Source: Lingula anatina
Taxonomy: Eukaryota; Animalia; Brachiopoda
Length of the DNA stretch: 64,000 bases
Reading direction: 5' to 3'
Assembly (NCBI GenBank): GCA_051362555.1
Contig: CM120642.1
Span: forward strand, 15,314,001 to 15,378,000
Positions 52,178-64,000 of this stretch are shown here, one piece after another. Below the pieces are notes generated by a model. It was not told the DNA's origin. It ran no database searches and was given only the letters and a program-made list of their open reading frames with translations. The translations under genes and the position numbers were made by a program. How positions within the stretch are numbered: the stretch's first letter is position 1; the number at the start of each line of letters is the position of its first letter.

Positions 52178-54073
52178 TTAGCTGAACCCATCCAGTACTT
52201 TCTGGTCAAATTTACTCTTATTACTTTTTGCCATGTAAATAAAGAAAGTGAGGGCTTCTTTCTCGATAACAGGAATAGTCTTGAAATGCCTGGACACCGT
52301 CTGAAATGACATAAGATATGTACACATATTTATAAAATTTCAAACAAGACACTAATTTGGCTATTTTTCATTTAATATCACTTTCCTTAGTCCAAATATT
52401 TTTCTAATGTCATGAAAAAAGCTGGATTTTTTAGAATTATATAATTTTTCAGCTATTCATTCCAATCAATTGCTTCATAAATATGCTAAATCACTTAAGA
52501 TAAAATTAAGTTAGTGGATGCCATTTTCACCCAACAACCAACTACTGCTGTTTTTGCTGTATGGAATGCAGAGAAGACAAAGGTTTTAAAATCAGAGAAA
52601 ATTGAAATTCAAACTTGAAATTTTCATTGAAAAGAGAAAATCCACACCTGAACTATTCCTATGGGAACTTATTTGTCCCCAAAATGTCTTTATTGTCTGA
52701 ATAAAGTGAAATAGCTTCAATTTTCCTATTTAAAGTAAAGAAATGTTCTAGTCCTACTTTATATACATCATTCTTTTATGATCAAAGTTTTCACTCTGCA
52801 AAAATAATTTTTTAACACTTTACACTTACATCTGCCAGCTGTGCTTTGTTGAGTCCAGGTCTTGTCTGCAGTTTATAATGACGCTTGTATCTTCGTAATG
52901 TGTTCACTGGCATTTGAAAAAAATCAATCTACAAAAAAATAAAACAAGAAAAATTCACGCTTGTACATGAGCAGCATGCAAGGATCAAACTATCAAATAA
53001 CGCGAGTACTGTGAAAATTAATAGGAGGATATGACTCTAAGCAAACTTCTTAAATAAAAACAAGCTGAAGATTAAGACCAAATAGAATCTGAAATTGCCT
53101 TGGTTTGTAAAATGTTGCATTTAGAATAAGGAAGTTAATTATACAACCGACAGACCTATTGTTTTATCACAGAAATACAGAACAGGTTCACCAATGAACT
53201 GCCAGGTCAATTTAAAATATTTATTTTGATTCTCTTCCTTGTACTTTACTAAGAGTAAGGTAAGGCAGGCACGCATGCATGCACATGCAGGCACATCCAT
53301 CCAACCAGGCACACACACACACACACTCTGAGTTACCTAAATTGTCACTTTGAAGGTCTTTAAGACTGTTAGAAAATGAGGTAACTTGACATTTAATTTA
53401 TCTCAACCCCAAAAGGTTGCACTAATAAAAACACAAACTCCTCCACCCTTGGCAAGGCCACCAACTCCTACCTCAGGAAATTCACTATCAAGATCCAAAG
53501 ACACCCGGTCGTCATCACTGTTGTTTCTCTTCCGTTTTGCTCGCACGCTCTGGATCATGTTTTTGTGTATTTCACAGATGTAAATGTGGTGTGCCTGCAA
53601 AAAAGTCAGAAATTCTAAGAATAAGTATGTATCCTTTGCCAGCTACAGTTCTCTGACATCATGAATCATAAAGAAAATAATTATATCAATGCATGTCAAG
53701 AACAAACTTCAGCACAACTTCCCTACCCCTGGCTCTCCTTTTTTCTTTTCAGAAAAACCAAGTTGCACCTAATTTTTTTCCTCATCAAGTAATTAAGAGC
53801 GCTCTCTCGGTCTGGGCTTTTATCCTATGGTATAGCCTTTACTAAATCTAAGATCAACTGCATAGATGGTGATATATCCTTGATGCTACTTACTGTAATG
53901 TCTAAATTGAGTTTCAGCCTCCTTTGCTGTACAGTTTTCTGTATTCTCTTGCTGTAGCAGGCATTCCCAGCCAGGCGCGTGCATCGCGTGCCCTGGTCCA
54001 CCAGGCAGCAGATCTGCTCATGACTTCCGCGGCTGTCTTCTTCCGTACTGAAACCGTTGATATTGCCACTCAT
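52178..54073 (-). CDS. SAP30L: Sin3-associated protein SAP30/SAP30L. Exons 54073-53894, 53594-53472, 52928-52830, 52300-52178
   Basis: [15 protein letters not shown]; zinc finger [10 protein letters not shown]...HIYICEIH; basic RAKRKR; Sin3-binding domain [56 protein letters not shown]. Confidence 0.96.
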
Positions 54074-55562
54074 AGCTGGAATATAGAATAAACGCATGCA
54101 TTTAACAAAGTGCCACGTAATAGTGATAAAACAATGTATATTAGTTGTCATCAATAAACAAGCCTCTTCCAGCAATATATATCTATCAATAATAGGGTTA
54201 CATTTATCACGTGTTTGAGACCATGAATTTTTCTCCTGCTTATACTACCAATAGAAAAGTGAGCAATCTGATGTCTAACATGTCAGTTTAAAATTGTCCA
54301 TATCATCTAAATATTCAGCAATGAATTACCAATATATTGAAAAATATAATACCAAATTCAAATAAATTTTTTTCATGTGCATGTATATGTGTGGGACTTT
54401 GTTAATTTTTTATTGACTACATTTCCTTGAAAGACTAAATATATGCTGTGGAAATAACTATGCATATTTTCTTTTAATGCTGCACAAATTCCCTGGGCCA
54501 TTTTAGAATAACAGGTATTTCTATTTCACTTTGTCTGCAATGCATTTCTACTGTACAAACTATTGCCTAGATATCACCTTTTGCAACCAAAGTCTAGCTG
54601 CGGTGTAACAGAAAGAGAAATCTAATCTCTCAATACTCCTATACAAGTCTCCCGAGAGATTGGTAGACAGCTTACCACTGCACTCTCAGCCATCTTTAAT
54701 CAATAGTCTACCACAGTTCTTCATATATACACAGCATTGTAGACTAATGAATAAAAAGGCAACTCCTAAATATTCTAAAAACCTCGACACAGCAAACTAC
54801 GAGAGCCAAGCAATCACCGTAGAACATTAAACTGAAGCCCAGATATCTGGTTTAATTGAGACCTTGCTTTCTCCTGACCTTGGGATTACAATGCTAGGTG
54901 TAATGTTCTGAAGTCGGGTCACTGTCAGGGACATCTATTGGAAAGCAGTACTAAAGTGCTTTCTAACCAAAAAGTATACAATAATATCCATATTTCGAGC
55001 CTATTTGTAAATTTCATTCATTGCTAAATTTTGCGCAGTTCTGGACAACATGCAATGACAGTTTCCAAACAGATGCCAGTGCATACCGTTAAGTGAGAAC
55101 TCCCTTTCTGCATTAAAAAGGTTTTTAAGAACAGACTTCACTGAAGCATATTTTACGTTTCAGCAATATGATCTGTTTTACATCATAATGACTGACTGGT
55201 TTATTCATAATAACTTAAATTCATTCTCATTTGCTAATCATTTTGTAGTCAATATCAAATTATTTTAACATGATAAATAGCCAACAGTCCAAGTAACAAT
55301 CTCAAATATTTCTGATATTCGTACCTTTTCCTGTTTGAAAGAACTGAAGTAGCTTCTCAGCTGATGCAGTCGCCTCAGAAACTAGTCTTCTCCTCCTTGG
55401 CAAGCTAAACCGGAACTTCTTTCTTGTCATAAACTTGAAAGTGAATAAGAAGATTTTGTTATTGATTCATCATTTTTGTATGTTATCTTGTCAATACCAA
55501 GATTATGATTTCCAGTGTGTGTTTGGGCATGGCGCATTCACAACCGAAGTAGACCTGCGAAG

Positions 55563-55867
55563 TAACAGATCACCCCTCAAAAATGGCCGACCTACTTGAA
55601 AGCTTGCCGCGAGATCTTCACAGAGAATCTATTAAGTGTCCATTAAGGGATAATGTGGCAAGCTTTCAATTGGGTCGGCCACATTTGATCAGTGGATCTG
55701 TTAGAGCACATTCAGAGCAGAATACTAACAGAACCGCGGATACACTATATGGACTGAATTAAAAGCTTGCGATTTTTTCCCTGATTAGACACTGAACAGA
55801 TCCCCACGGGGATTACACAAGAAGCATTCAAGTGGGTCAGACATATTTGATCCGCGGATGTGTTAGT
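55563..55867. repeat. Two adjacent ~140-bp fold-back elements (MITE-like)
   Basis: TAACAGATC...TGGCCGACC.ACTTGAAAGCTTGCC / GGCAAGCTTTCAATTGGGTCGGCCA...GATCTGTTA, and ACTAACAGAACCGCGGAT / ATCCGCGGATGTGTTAGT. Confidence 0.65.
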
Positions 55868-56812
55868 CCGCTTTTCTGATTGCGCTTTTAATCCACTGAC
55901 CAACCAGTTGTGAATGCAGCCATATACTACTAGTAACAACCAGATAAACATGAAGTACATTCCCAACCTTGTCTAGATATATAGACAATGTAGCACACAC
56001 TGTGCCATGGACCACAGGAAGACAATCTATTCCCTGTTTCCCACCAATCACAGTAACTAAGTAATATCTTAGTGCTTACTAAGTTGAGTTGCCACTTTCA
56101 GACTGGATATGCACCTTTGGACTATTTCAGCATGAAATTTGTTGGATTCTAAAAGCAAAACTTTTTCCTCTTCTTCAAGAAATCATTAACAAAGATCCTT
56201 GGGATCTAGACATCCGATAAATGTGAGGCAAACCATACTACCCACTCAATGTAACTTCATTGTAGCAAGCTATATTTCAAAAAACAATTATAAAAAACCT
56301 CAATCACAGATTGTCATATTTCTTCCACATCGGGTCTGAGAAATAGTATCCATTTGATAATATATCTAATACAATAATTGCACTAATATCCTTCTTAATT
56401 TTGCTACTTAAGGATGAATCATCCTGTTTCACATTACAGTAAATTGCAGTCTCCATGTTCAATACTGCCCCAGAAGCATGATCTTTGCAGTTTTATTGCA
56501 TAATTCAATCAAAGCTTTTTTTGGCTTCTGCTAATAATATTGCTATAACCACATCCTAGATTTCTATTCAAGAACCAAAGTCATGATGGTCACATCCTGC
56601 TTCAGTTCATCTTCCCAGAATTCATCAGAAAGATCTGTCCTGCTTATGTCATCTTATATAGGTCAGACTAAATAAACAACAAAAATGACTTTTTTCATAT
56701 TAACTGACATTATTTTAAGTTGGAAGAAAAAAGTATTTAAAGAGGTATGACTCGGTGGTCTGTAGGCTCCTCAGGGCAGAAAACAATCAGGGGAAAAATC
56801 ATATTTAAATTG

Positions 56813-56815
56813 AAA

Positions 56816-56850
<35 letters not shown>

Positions 56851-56864
56851 ATACATAAATAAAT
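56813..56864 (+). repeat. (AAAT)n microsatellite
   Basis: Direct reading. Confidence 0.9.
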
Positions 56865-58485
56865 ATGGATGTATGGATGTATGGATGGATTACTTATCTC
56901 TCAAACTATTCCAAATTAACTACAACAGTTGTATATTTATCTCTTGCAGACTCATTCATTATTCAGATTTTCTATCTTTAAATAAACAATCAGCACTAAA
57001 TATACACTAGTTCCAAAACCACAGTGCAGCAACATCACTTCCGCAAACCACAGGAGTGCACTTTGACCTTTCTTAATCTCTTTACAATATGCTCTATAAA
57101 TAGCCTTTCCATGCAGGAATTCCCTGTCATGCATTCCTAACCAATTCATGTTTTATCTACTTCCCGAAAAACCCTACTATATGTCCTGCAGTTCTTCCTA
57201 TAGTGTCTTGTTCTTTGCTTCTCCAGTATTGTAGATGTGGCTCACTACTGACTAAATGCGGAGGGGCCGTATTACTGAACACATCTTTTTTGTCCATATG
57301 TTTAAGCTTGTAATCAGCCATTCTTGTTTTCAAATCAAATTTCAGATAAATCTTTTAAGTCTCTATACAGACTCATCAGAACGAGTTATTTCGATGTAGC
57401 TAGACGCATTAACTCCACTCTCTGAATGTAATCAGATTAACAAACTAACAATGTAACATGTCTCCTCCTGCCATTGAGTAGAATACAGAGAAGTTTGTCA
57501 TTATGAATGTGTTGGAAACAAGGCCTGTTAGTCCATGCTATGTTGTTTCTGTCTGGTTCACAAATTTTAAGTATTTGTGTCAACTTACAAGTTGACATCT
57601 TTTTAGTTAAATCCTTTCACCTAATACAGGCTTATAAAGTAAAATGTTTTCATTTCCTTCATAGGACTTACCTTATGCTATGAAATCAGAATGTCCTTTC
57701 AAATCCTTTTATAAAAATAGCTTTTTCAATAGACTGTACCATTTCGTACAATCTTGAAAAATGAAATGGCACCTAGATGTGACCTTTATGCTACAAACTG
57801 TCAAGTAGGCCTTGTCAGTACAGCTCGTTCTAGTTCCTATATCGTTCTAGTTCCAATATCTGAATTATGGTGCAAATGAGGTGTTGGTCACACCTCAGTC
57901 AGCAAAACACCCAACACATCATGGTATCATTGTAATGCATACTTCCACTACCAGGTCCTGCCAGTGCTATAAAACGTCTATGGCAAGGAGGAATAGACCA
58001 AAAATATAAAGCTTGAACACTGTTCAAAGCTCTAGACAAACTGGCGAGGCAGTTTAAGGATCCTTAGGAATATGTTTACTTAAACGTCCTTTTGAGGCTT
58101 TATGGTGTTTTGCTTTCCAAACCCAATCTCATTACAAATTAAATTAACTGTATAGAATCAAATTTGATTTTTAATATATTTGTCCAGTGCAAATCGAAAT
58201 CAATACAGGAGTGCGGCAACGTGTCACTGCTGTATTTGTGCTAAACCATAGTGTATGGGGGTTTTTACCTGCCCAGTGTTGATCTTAATGCTGTATATAG
58301 GTAACGTAACCTTTTTTTTTTCGCCGGTTTAGAAAGGCACAGAGTTTGATATAAAGGCTTTAGAAGCCAATAATGCTGTCCTCGCCTAAATGCAAGCTGT
58401 TATTTTCGATCTCGAAACTAGCAAAACCTACAAATGACTTCATAAAAAAGTGCTGAAATCAAGAATATTGCTAAAAGTAACTCAC

Positions 58486-59090
58486 CAAGTTTTGAGCCTG
58501 GTGTTATCCGAGTATGGGCGCACCTGGACGTGTACTTGGACTCAATTTTTTACGGAGACAACTTGGCAAAATTTGTATTTTTTTCAGCTTGCTCGCTTTT
58601 GCGAACAATGATGAAGTGCTTGAAATGGCGGCCTGTTTTCACGATGTGGTAGGTCAAAGGTGAACTGACGTCATGCAAACCTTATTTGGGTGGCTGAATT
58701 TCTCCATCTGCCACAATATTTAAATGATACACCTTTAGCTGGTAAAAAGGCTAAAATTATTTATTATCTGGGTTTTCTGTAAAAACATCCAACAGAAATG
58801 TCTTCTTTGTACTTTTTATGTGATTTTTAACCTTTAAAACTTATAATAATGACCTTTTGTTTGAATTCCCGCTACCACAGAGAGCACCTGACGGAGATTT
58901 ACATTTTGATTGGACAGCGCTGGGGACGCTAGTCACGAGGCACAATTCTAAGCTTGGATTGGTCAACATTGCCGGTTAATCTGAAACGGACCAATCATAA
59001 GCCAGAGTTTTCCGGGCTGTGTTTTCTTATGTAGCCGCATAAGTAGCGTGGGCCAGCCATTTCAAGCTGCAAGGCAGGAGACCGGTAAAA
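58486..59090. promoter_or_regulatory. Probable bidirectional promoter between SAP30L (-) and HMGB (+), with non-coding first exons
   Basis: Minus-strand donor (CTCAC at 58481) and plus-strand donor (GTAAGT at 59091). YY1-like AAATGGCGGC at ~58623, CRE TGACGTCA at ~58666, three CCAAT/ATTGG boxes at ~58908, ~58957 and ~58991. Confidence 0.6.
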
Positions 59091-60595
59091 TGTAAGTTCA
59101 GTTATCTTTATGTTTAAATCAACGGACACTGAAAAAAACATTCTGCATTGGCAGAATATGAATATAAATAATTTATGCATATTTTTTATTCTGTGTCCAG
59201 AGTTATTTTTATAATGCAATTTATTTTCAAAGTGAGCTTATCAGCTGATAACTCCAACCTGTGGTCCGTCAATGTAATGATGGAGGACGGCTTGTGCTCG
59301 ATTTTTCAATTTGGCTGAAAATCATTTTAAAATGAGTGATTGTAAAATCTGTGATGAGATATTGATAGAAACTAACGGGAAAAAGGCACATGCAAAAATT
59401 CTTGATGATCGATAGCTGAATTTTTGAGAAATTGGACTTTTCAATTTAGTATGCCTTTGTTACATGGCCAAACAACAGTCCTATGCCTTGTAATGTGCTG
59501 CCTACATCTAGCCTGTATATCCATATAGACACTATGTACCATGCAATGGAGTAGGGGGCTTGTCAGACGAAGTCTCTAGCTTCCACAAAAGCTATCATTT
59601 TTGGGTTTTACCATCATAAAACTATTCAAAGATGATTTTAAAGGGGACTTTCATTCATCAGGTCAAAAATTGCTTCGTGGAAGGTGGATTTTGGGGTCAA
59701 GAAAAATGTCGGCTGTGTACCAATACTTTACAGTGTAAAGCCATAGTATGGGCACTATAGCATGTAGTATACACTGTAAATGGGTACCTGGTACACGATG
59801 GGCAAACTTGGCCCATTAGATGGGGGTTATTTAGGGGGGATTTAACAGAAGTAAGGGGGGTGGATGGTGACCTTCTTTGTTTGTCAGACTGGTTTAAACT
59901 GGATTTTGCATGTTGAAATGGCAACTGTGGAGAATCTTTCGAGACGGGGCGGTGTGTTTGGCTGTATTGTAATGCTAGCCTGGTGATTTACGTGGTCATA
60001 TACGATGGTTTTAATTTGAGGAAACCTCTTTCAATCTCTTGATATGATGTTTTAGAGTTAATTTTAAGATTTTATATGGATGACCTTGGAGTAAATTGCT
60101 TTGTTTTTCAAGGTCAAACTCTGTTGTTTTTTCGAGCATATTTTGCATGATATTTTTGATAGTGTATTTGGAATATGGTACATTTAGAGAAAGGTGGTCA
60201 CTATAATGTTGCATCAGAGCAATATTTGCATCATTTGTAGAAGTGCAATATTAAGGAATATTTATTTGCAAATTTTCAAAAGTTTAAACCTTTTTTAACA
60301 ATGCACCTGTTTGAAAAGATGAAAAAATGCTTGGATAGTCTTATTATTTATGTAACATTGATTTTTAGTGGTCTTGACATTTGTATACATGATTTTGTTG
60401 GTAAAATGAACATATTTTATAATGGTTTAGAGCATGTTTTGGAATTTTTTACGAATAAGCGTTCATGTTTTTTTAAAAATCTATTATTATGCATTATTAC
60501 ATAATCAATAAAATGTTATTGAAAAATTCACATAACATTTGTGTATTTTAGAGAATAATGAAAACAATTTCTGTTAATTTCTAGCATCTTGAATC

Positions 60596-61874
60596 ATGGG
60601 CAAAAAGGATGCAGATAAGCCAAGGGGGCGTATGTCTTCATATGCGTTCTTTGTGCAAGTGTGCCGCGAAGAGCACAAGAAGAAACACCCAGGAGAGAAT
60701 GTGAACTTCAGAGAGTTCTCCAAGAAGTGCTCTGAAAAGTGGGCTGTAAGTATTTTGTTAAATTGCAAAATTCCAAGAAAACAGAAGTTATATTTTCTCT
60801 TTACCATAGGGTTCAGCAGTTATTTATGTGTAAAATATTCTGCAGTATGAAGTGTATGGAATATTGTCCTTTCAATGTTTTTATTTCTTATTCTTTTGAA
60901 ATACTTATGTGTTAAAATTGCAGTGAACAATAAAAAAAATCAATTTTAAGTCAAAAATGTGCTTTGTTTTCAGAGTATGACAGCCAAGGAAAAAAAGAGG
61001 TTTGAAGAAATGGCTGAAAAGGACAAGGCTCGTTATGAGAGAGAGATGGCCAAATATGTTCCCCCTCCAGGTGAATCTGGTGGCAAAGGAAAGAAGAGGA
61101 AGCAGAAGAAGGATCCTAATGCACCTAAGAGGGGAATGTAAGTATTTTGAAGTTGAGAGTCATTTTAAGATTCAAGAATTTATGTCATTGCAATCACATT
61201 CAAGTGTTGGCTGATAAACTAAGTAACAATAATTGATTTGTTTAACTTTATTGTGCTCTTTCACATTTCAGGTCTGCATTCTTTTTCTTCTGTGCCCAAG
61301 AACGCCCTGCTCTGCGGGCTCAGTTTCCAGACTTGGGCGTCGGTGAAATTGCTAAGAAGTTAGGTGACAAATGGTCCAAGGTTACCGACAAGAGTGCTTT
61401 CGAAAAGATGGCTGCCAATGACAAGGCCAGATATGAAAAGGTAACTTTTTTTTTTTGGAAAGGAATGCATTTGTCTAAATGCTATTGTCTGTTTTTCACA
61501 AATTAATGATCAGTGTGTCTGGGAGAGTTAAACCTTGAATGCAGATACAGCATAGGGGATCCTGATGAACATTACCTAAAAATGGTTTTATAATAATGTC
61601 AACTTGCATTTAGGATCTGTACTTGTGTGAAACCTGTGCAAATTAGTAATATGTAGAATGAAAATTCTGCATTTGATATGCTGTACAGGGAATTGCGAAC
61701 TTACATATTTAGCAACAGCATTTTAATAAATATTGTTTGTGCTTGCAGGAAAAGAGTGCATATAGTAAGAAGGCTAAGGCATCTCCACAGAAGAAGGCCA
61801 AAGAGGAGAGTGAGGAGGAAGAGGAAGATGATGAGGAGGAGGAAGATGAGGATGATGATGATGATGATGAATAA
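60596..61874 (+). CDS. HMGB2: High mobility group protein B (HMGB1/2-like). Exons 60596-60745, 60974-61137, 61272-61440, 61749-61874
   Basis: Box [26 protein letters not shown]; box [19 protein letters not shown]; long acidic D/E tail; AATAAA at ~62721. The symbol reflects family and synteny; an invertebrate gene would be a pro-orthologue of HMGB1-3. Confidence 0.96.
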
Positions 61875-64000
61875 ACTGTCTTTGATTACAACTTCTTTCG
61901 TGTCCACTCCCATCTTGCACTTACTTAATTTGTAGGCTGTAATTTCACCTTCTCTCGCATAGACACTGAATATTTCCCTACTATTGGACACTTCTCTGTT
62001 AAGTTTTGATCAGTAAGGAGTTTTATTCAGTTTTGAAAATGTTCAGAAGTGAGATGGCCACCATCATTTTGTTGGATGGATCTTCATTACTGTATATAGG
62101 AGATCATAATGGTTATTAGATTGCTTGTAAAGAAAGATTTCACCAAGTAGATGCTTGGGTAACTGAGAATTATTTTTTAATACCATAATGGGCTGAGCAA
62201 AAGTTCTTGTGAATACTTGAAATTGCAGGCCAAAATTGAAATTTAGATGTAAATATAGTATGCCACAGTAAATGACCTTTTGCTGACGTAGAAATTGCAA
62301 CATTCTGAAATTCATTCATCTTTTCATTGCTATTGTCTTTGTATAGTAGATTGTTTTATATTTTGCTTATACTTGTATATTGTGTGTTCTGTTTCTTGGT
62401 GACAGAGCCCTGTGAACACTTACTTCTCGTTTTCTGTGGATTTCTGGGAGTTCATTTTAGCAGAAGTAAATGTTTGCTCTTTATCTGTATTGGTCAAGTT
62501 TTAGTCATCATTTGAGAAATTCTTAAGCTTTTGACTATTGCCATCTGTTTGTGTTGCATCTGGCAAGAGATTGCATTAAAATCGGGAAGTGGCTGTGAAT
62601 AGAGAAGAGGCCTTGATGATGAGCTGGGAAAACGGCATTGTTACGGAATTGGTGTATACAGATCCAGAGAAACATTTTTATTTCTCATTAGTGTTGTGAG
62701 CAGGTTTTATCTTGAACAACAATAAAATGGTTTTATATCAACTGCTGATTTTGTTTTCTTAGGGATAAGGAGACTGGTTGACACATGGTCAAAACGTACC
62801 ATTGTTTACTCTTCAATTAAAAAGGGAATTGTGGCAGTATATAAAGCCCAAGTGAAACTGGTGTTGCCATTCTTTCAGTTCATGATGTAAGCAAAACGTC
62901 TTGGCCGCATTCTGAATTACTCTGTTCCCAATAGTTCCTACCTGAAGCCTTTAGCAGTAGAGCTGAAAATGAAGCACATCCCCCCATATTTGATCTAAAG
63001 AAACCTATTATTTGATTTCTAGTTATCGACGATTTGGAGGTGGGACATGTATTGGCATTGAGGAAAGTAGCTATATTTCAGGGAAAGTTGGGTTTTCAGT
63101 TATAGAAGTTCTTACCCACATTGCCTAAAAGGAAAAGTGATTTGCAGGGTTCTTTACAAAATTATTTTGTGAGAGGTCATTTTCAAAACTACATATCTAG
63201 TGTTTGTAATGTGGAAAACATTTGTTTAGTTGGTCGAAGTTAATATAGTTTCAAATACTGGAAAGTCCCCTAATGTGCTGATGTGCAAAATGAATTATTT
63301 GTTTTTTAATTGTATTTTTGTTTTAGTAATAACCTTGCATAAGTTATAGTTATTAGAAGAATTCTTTTATTCCATCTTAGAACAATGACAGTTCATGAAT
63401 AACAATTACACAGCCAAGAAGACGTAATTTGCTTCTCACATAAGATTTTGAAAATATTGCACTTCTTTAGGGATGAAAGGCATATCAAAACCAATTTTTA
63501 ATATATTTGTTCAATAACCCCCTTCCATCCTTCTTTTAGAACCAATTCCAATTTTTACCTGGGCAATGACATTGAAATATGATTCTACAGATAACTGTTG
63601 TTCAAATTAATTACCAAGATCTATATTTGTAAATAAACCCCCATTCCTTGAGAAATTTTATTTAAATTTGTACATGAAGTGACAGTTAAATCAATAATGG
63701 TGATTACAACATGCATACTGCACAATGTAAAATAACTTCCTAAAGAAGTGCAATATGAAGCTTAAACTGACACGTGAAAGTGAAATTTGACAATTTCGGG
63801 AAGAAAACATTTCTAAACATTTTTGCAACACAGTGTGTTAAGGTGACATAATGGATAGATGGATTAAGACTGAATTCAAGGAATGTAGCTTAGGCTTGTT
63901 TATCACCCTGGTGACCCTTGAAAAATACAAAGTAATACATATTTGTCAAAGGCAGGCAGAGAGGGAGGGACACTATCTCCAAACAAAATGACATATACAA

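Noticed and set aside
57340-57400. Hammerhead-like CTGATGA-GTCT(GTATAG)AGAC on the minus strand
   Set aside because: The required GAAA after stem II is TTAAAA, and stems I/III cannot be formed convincingly
61505-61566. Possible C/D-box snoRNA in HMGB intron (ATGATCA...CTGA)
   Set aside because: Imperfect C box, no terminal stem and no recognisable rRNA guide
13449-61874. Functional 'chromatin cluster' of HDAC, SAP30L and HMGB
   Set aside because: The HDAC is not a class I Sin3 partner and is separated by unrelated genes; likely coincidence

Overview
AT-rich, intron-dense animal genomic DNA, probably an invertebrate such as a mollusc or other lophotrochozoan (inferred from repeat content and gene structure). 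Seven spliced protein-coding genes could be built by hand from GT-AG junctions with consistent phases: (1) the 3' part of a polycystin-1-like gene (+); (2) an HDAC11/'HDAC12'-like deacetylase (-); (3) a micro-exon gene encoding a stand-alone CBM20 glycogen/starch-binding domain, an acidic repeat linker and a polybasic C-terminal tail (+); (4) a divergent SLC30A9/ZnT9 (+); (5) an orphan ~129-aa gene ending in PPAY...TQL* that the ORF track misses (-); (6) SAP30/SAP30L (-), arranged head-to-head with (7) HMGB (+). Non-coding DNA holds several CA(G)...(C)TG DNA transposons with 5-bp target-site duplications (hAT5-like), fully palindromic Harbinger-type MITEs, a Helentron-type element, a decayed LINE, and tandem/satellite arrays. 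All calls come from reading the sequence; no database searches were run.
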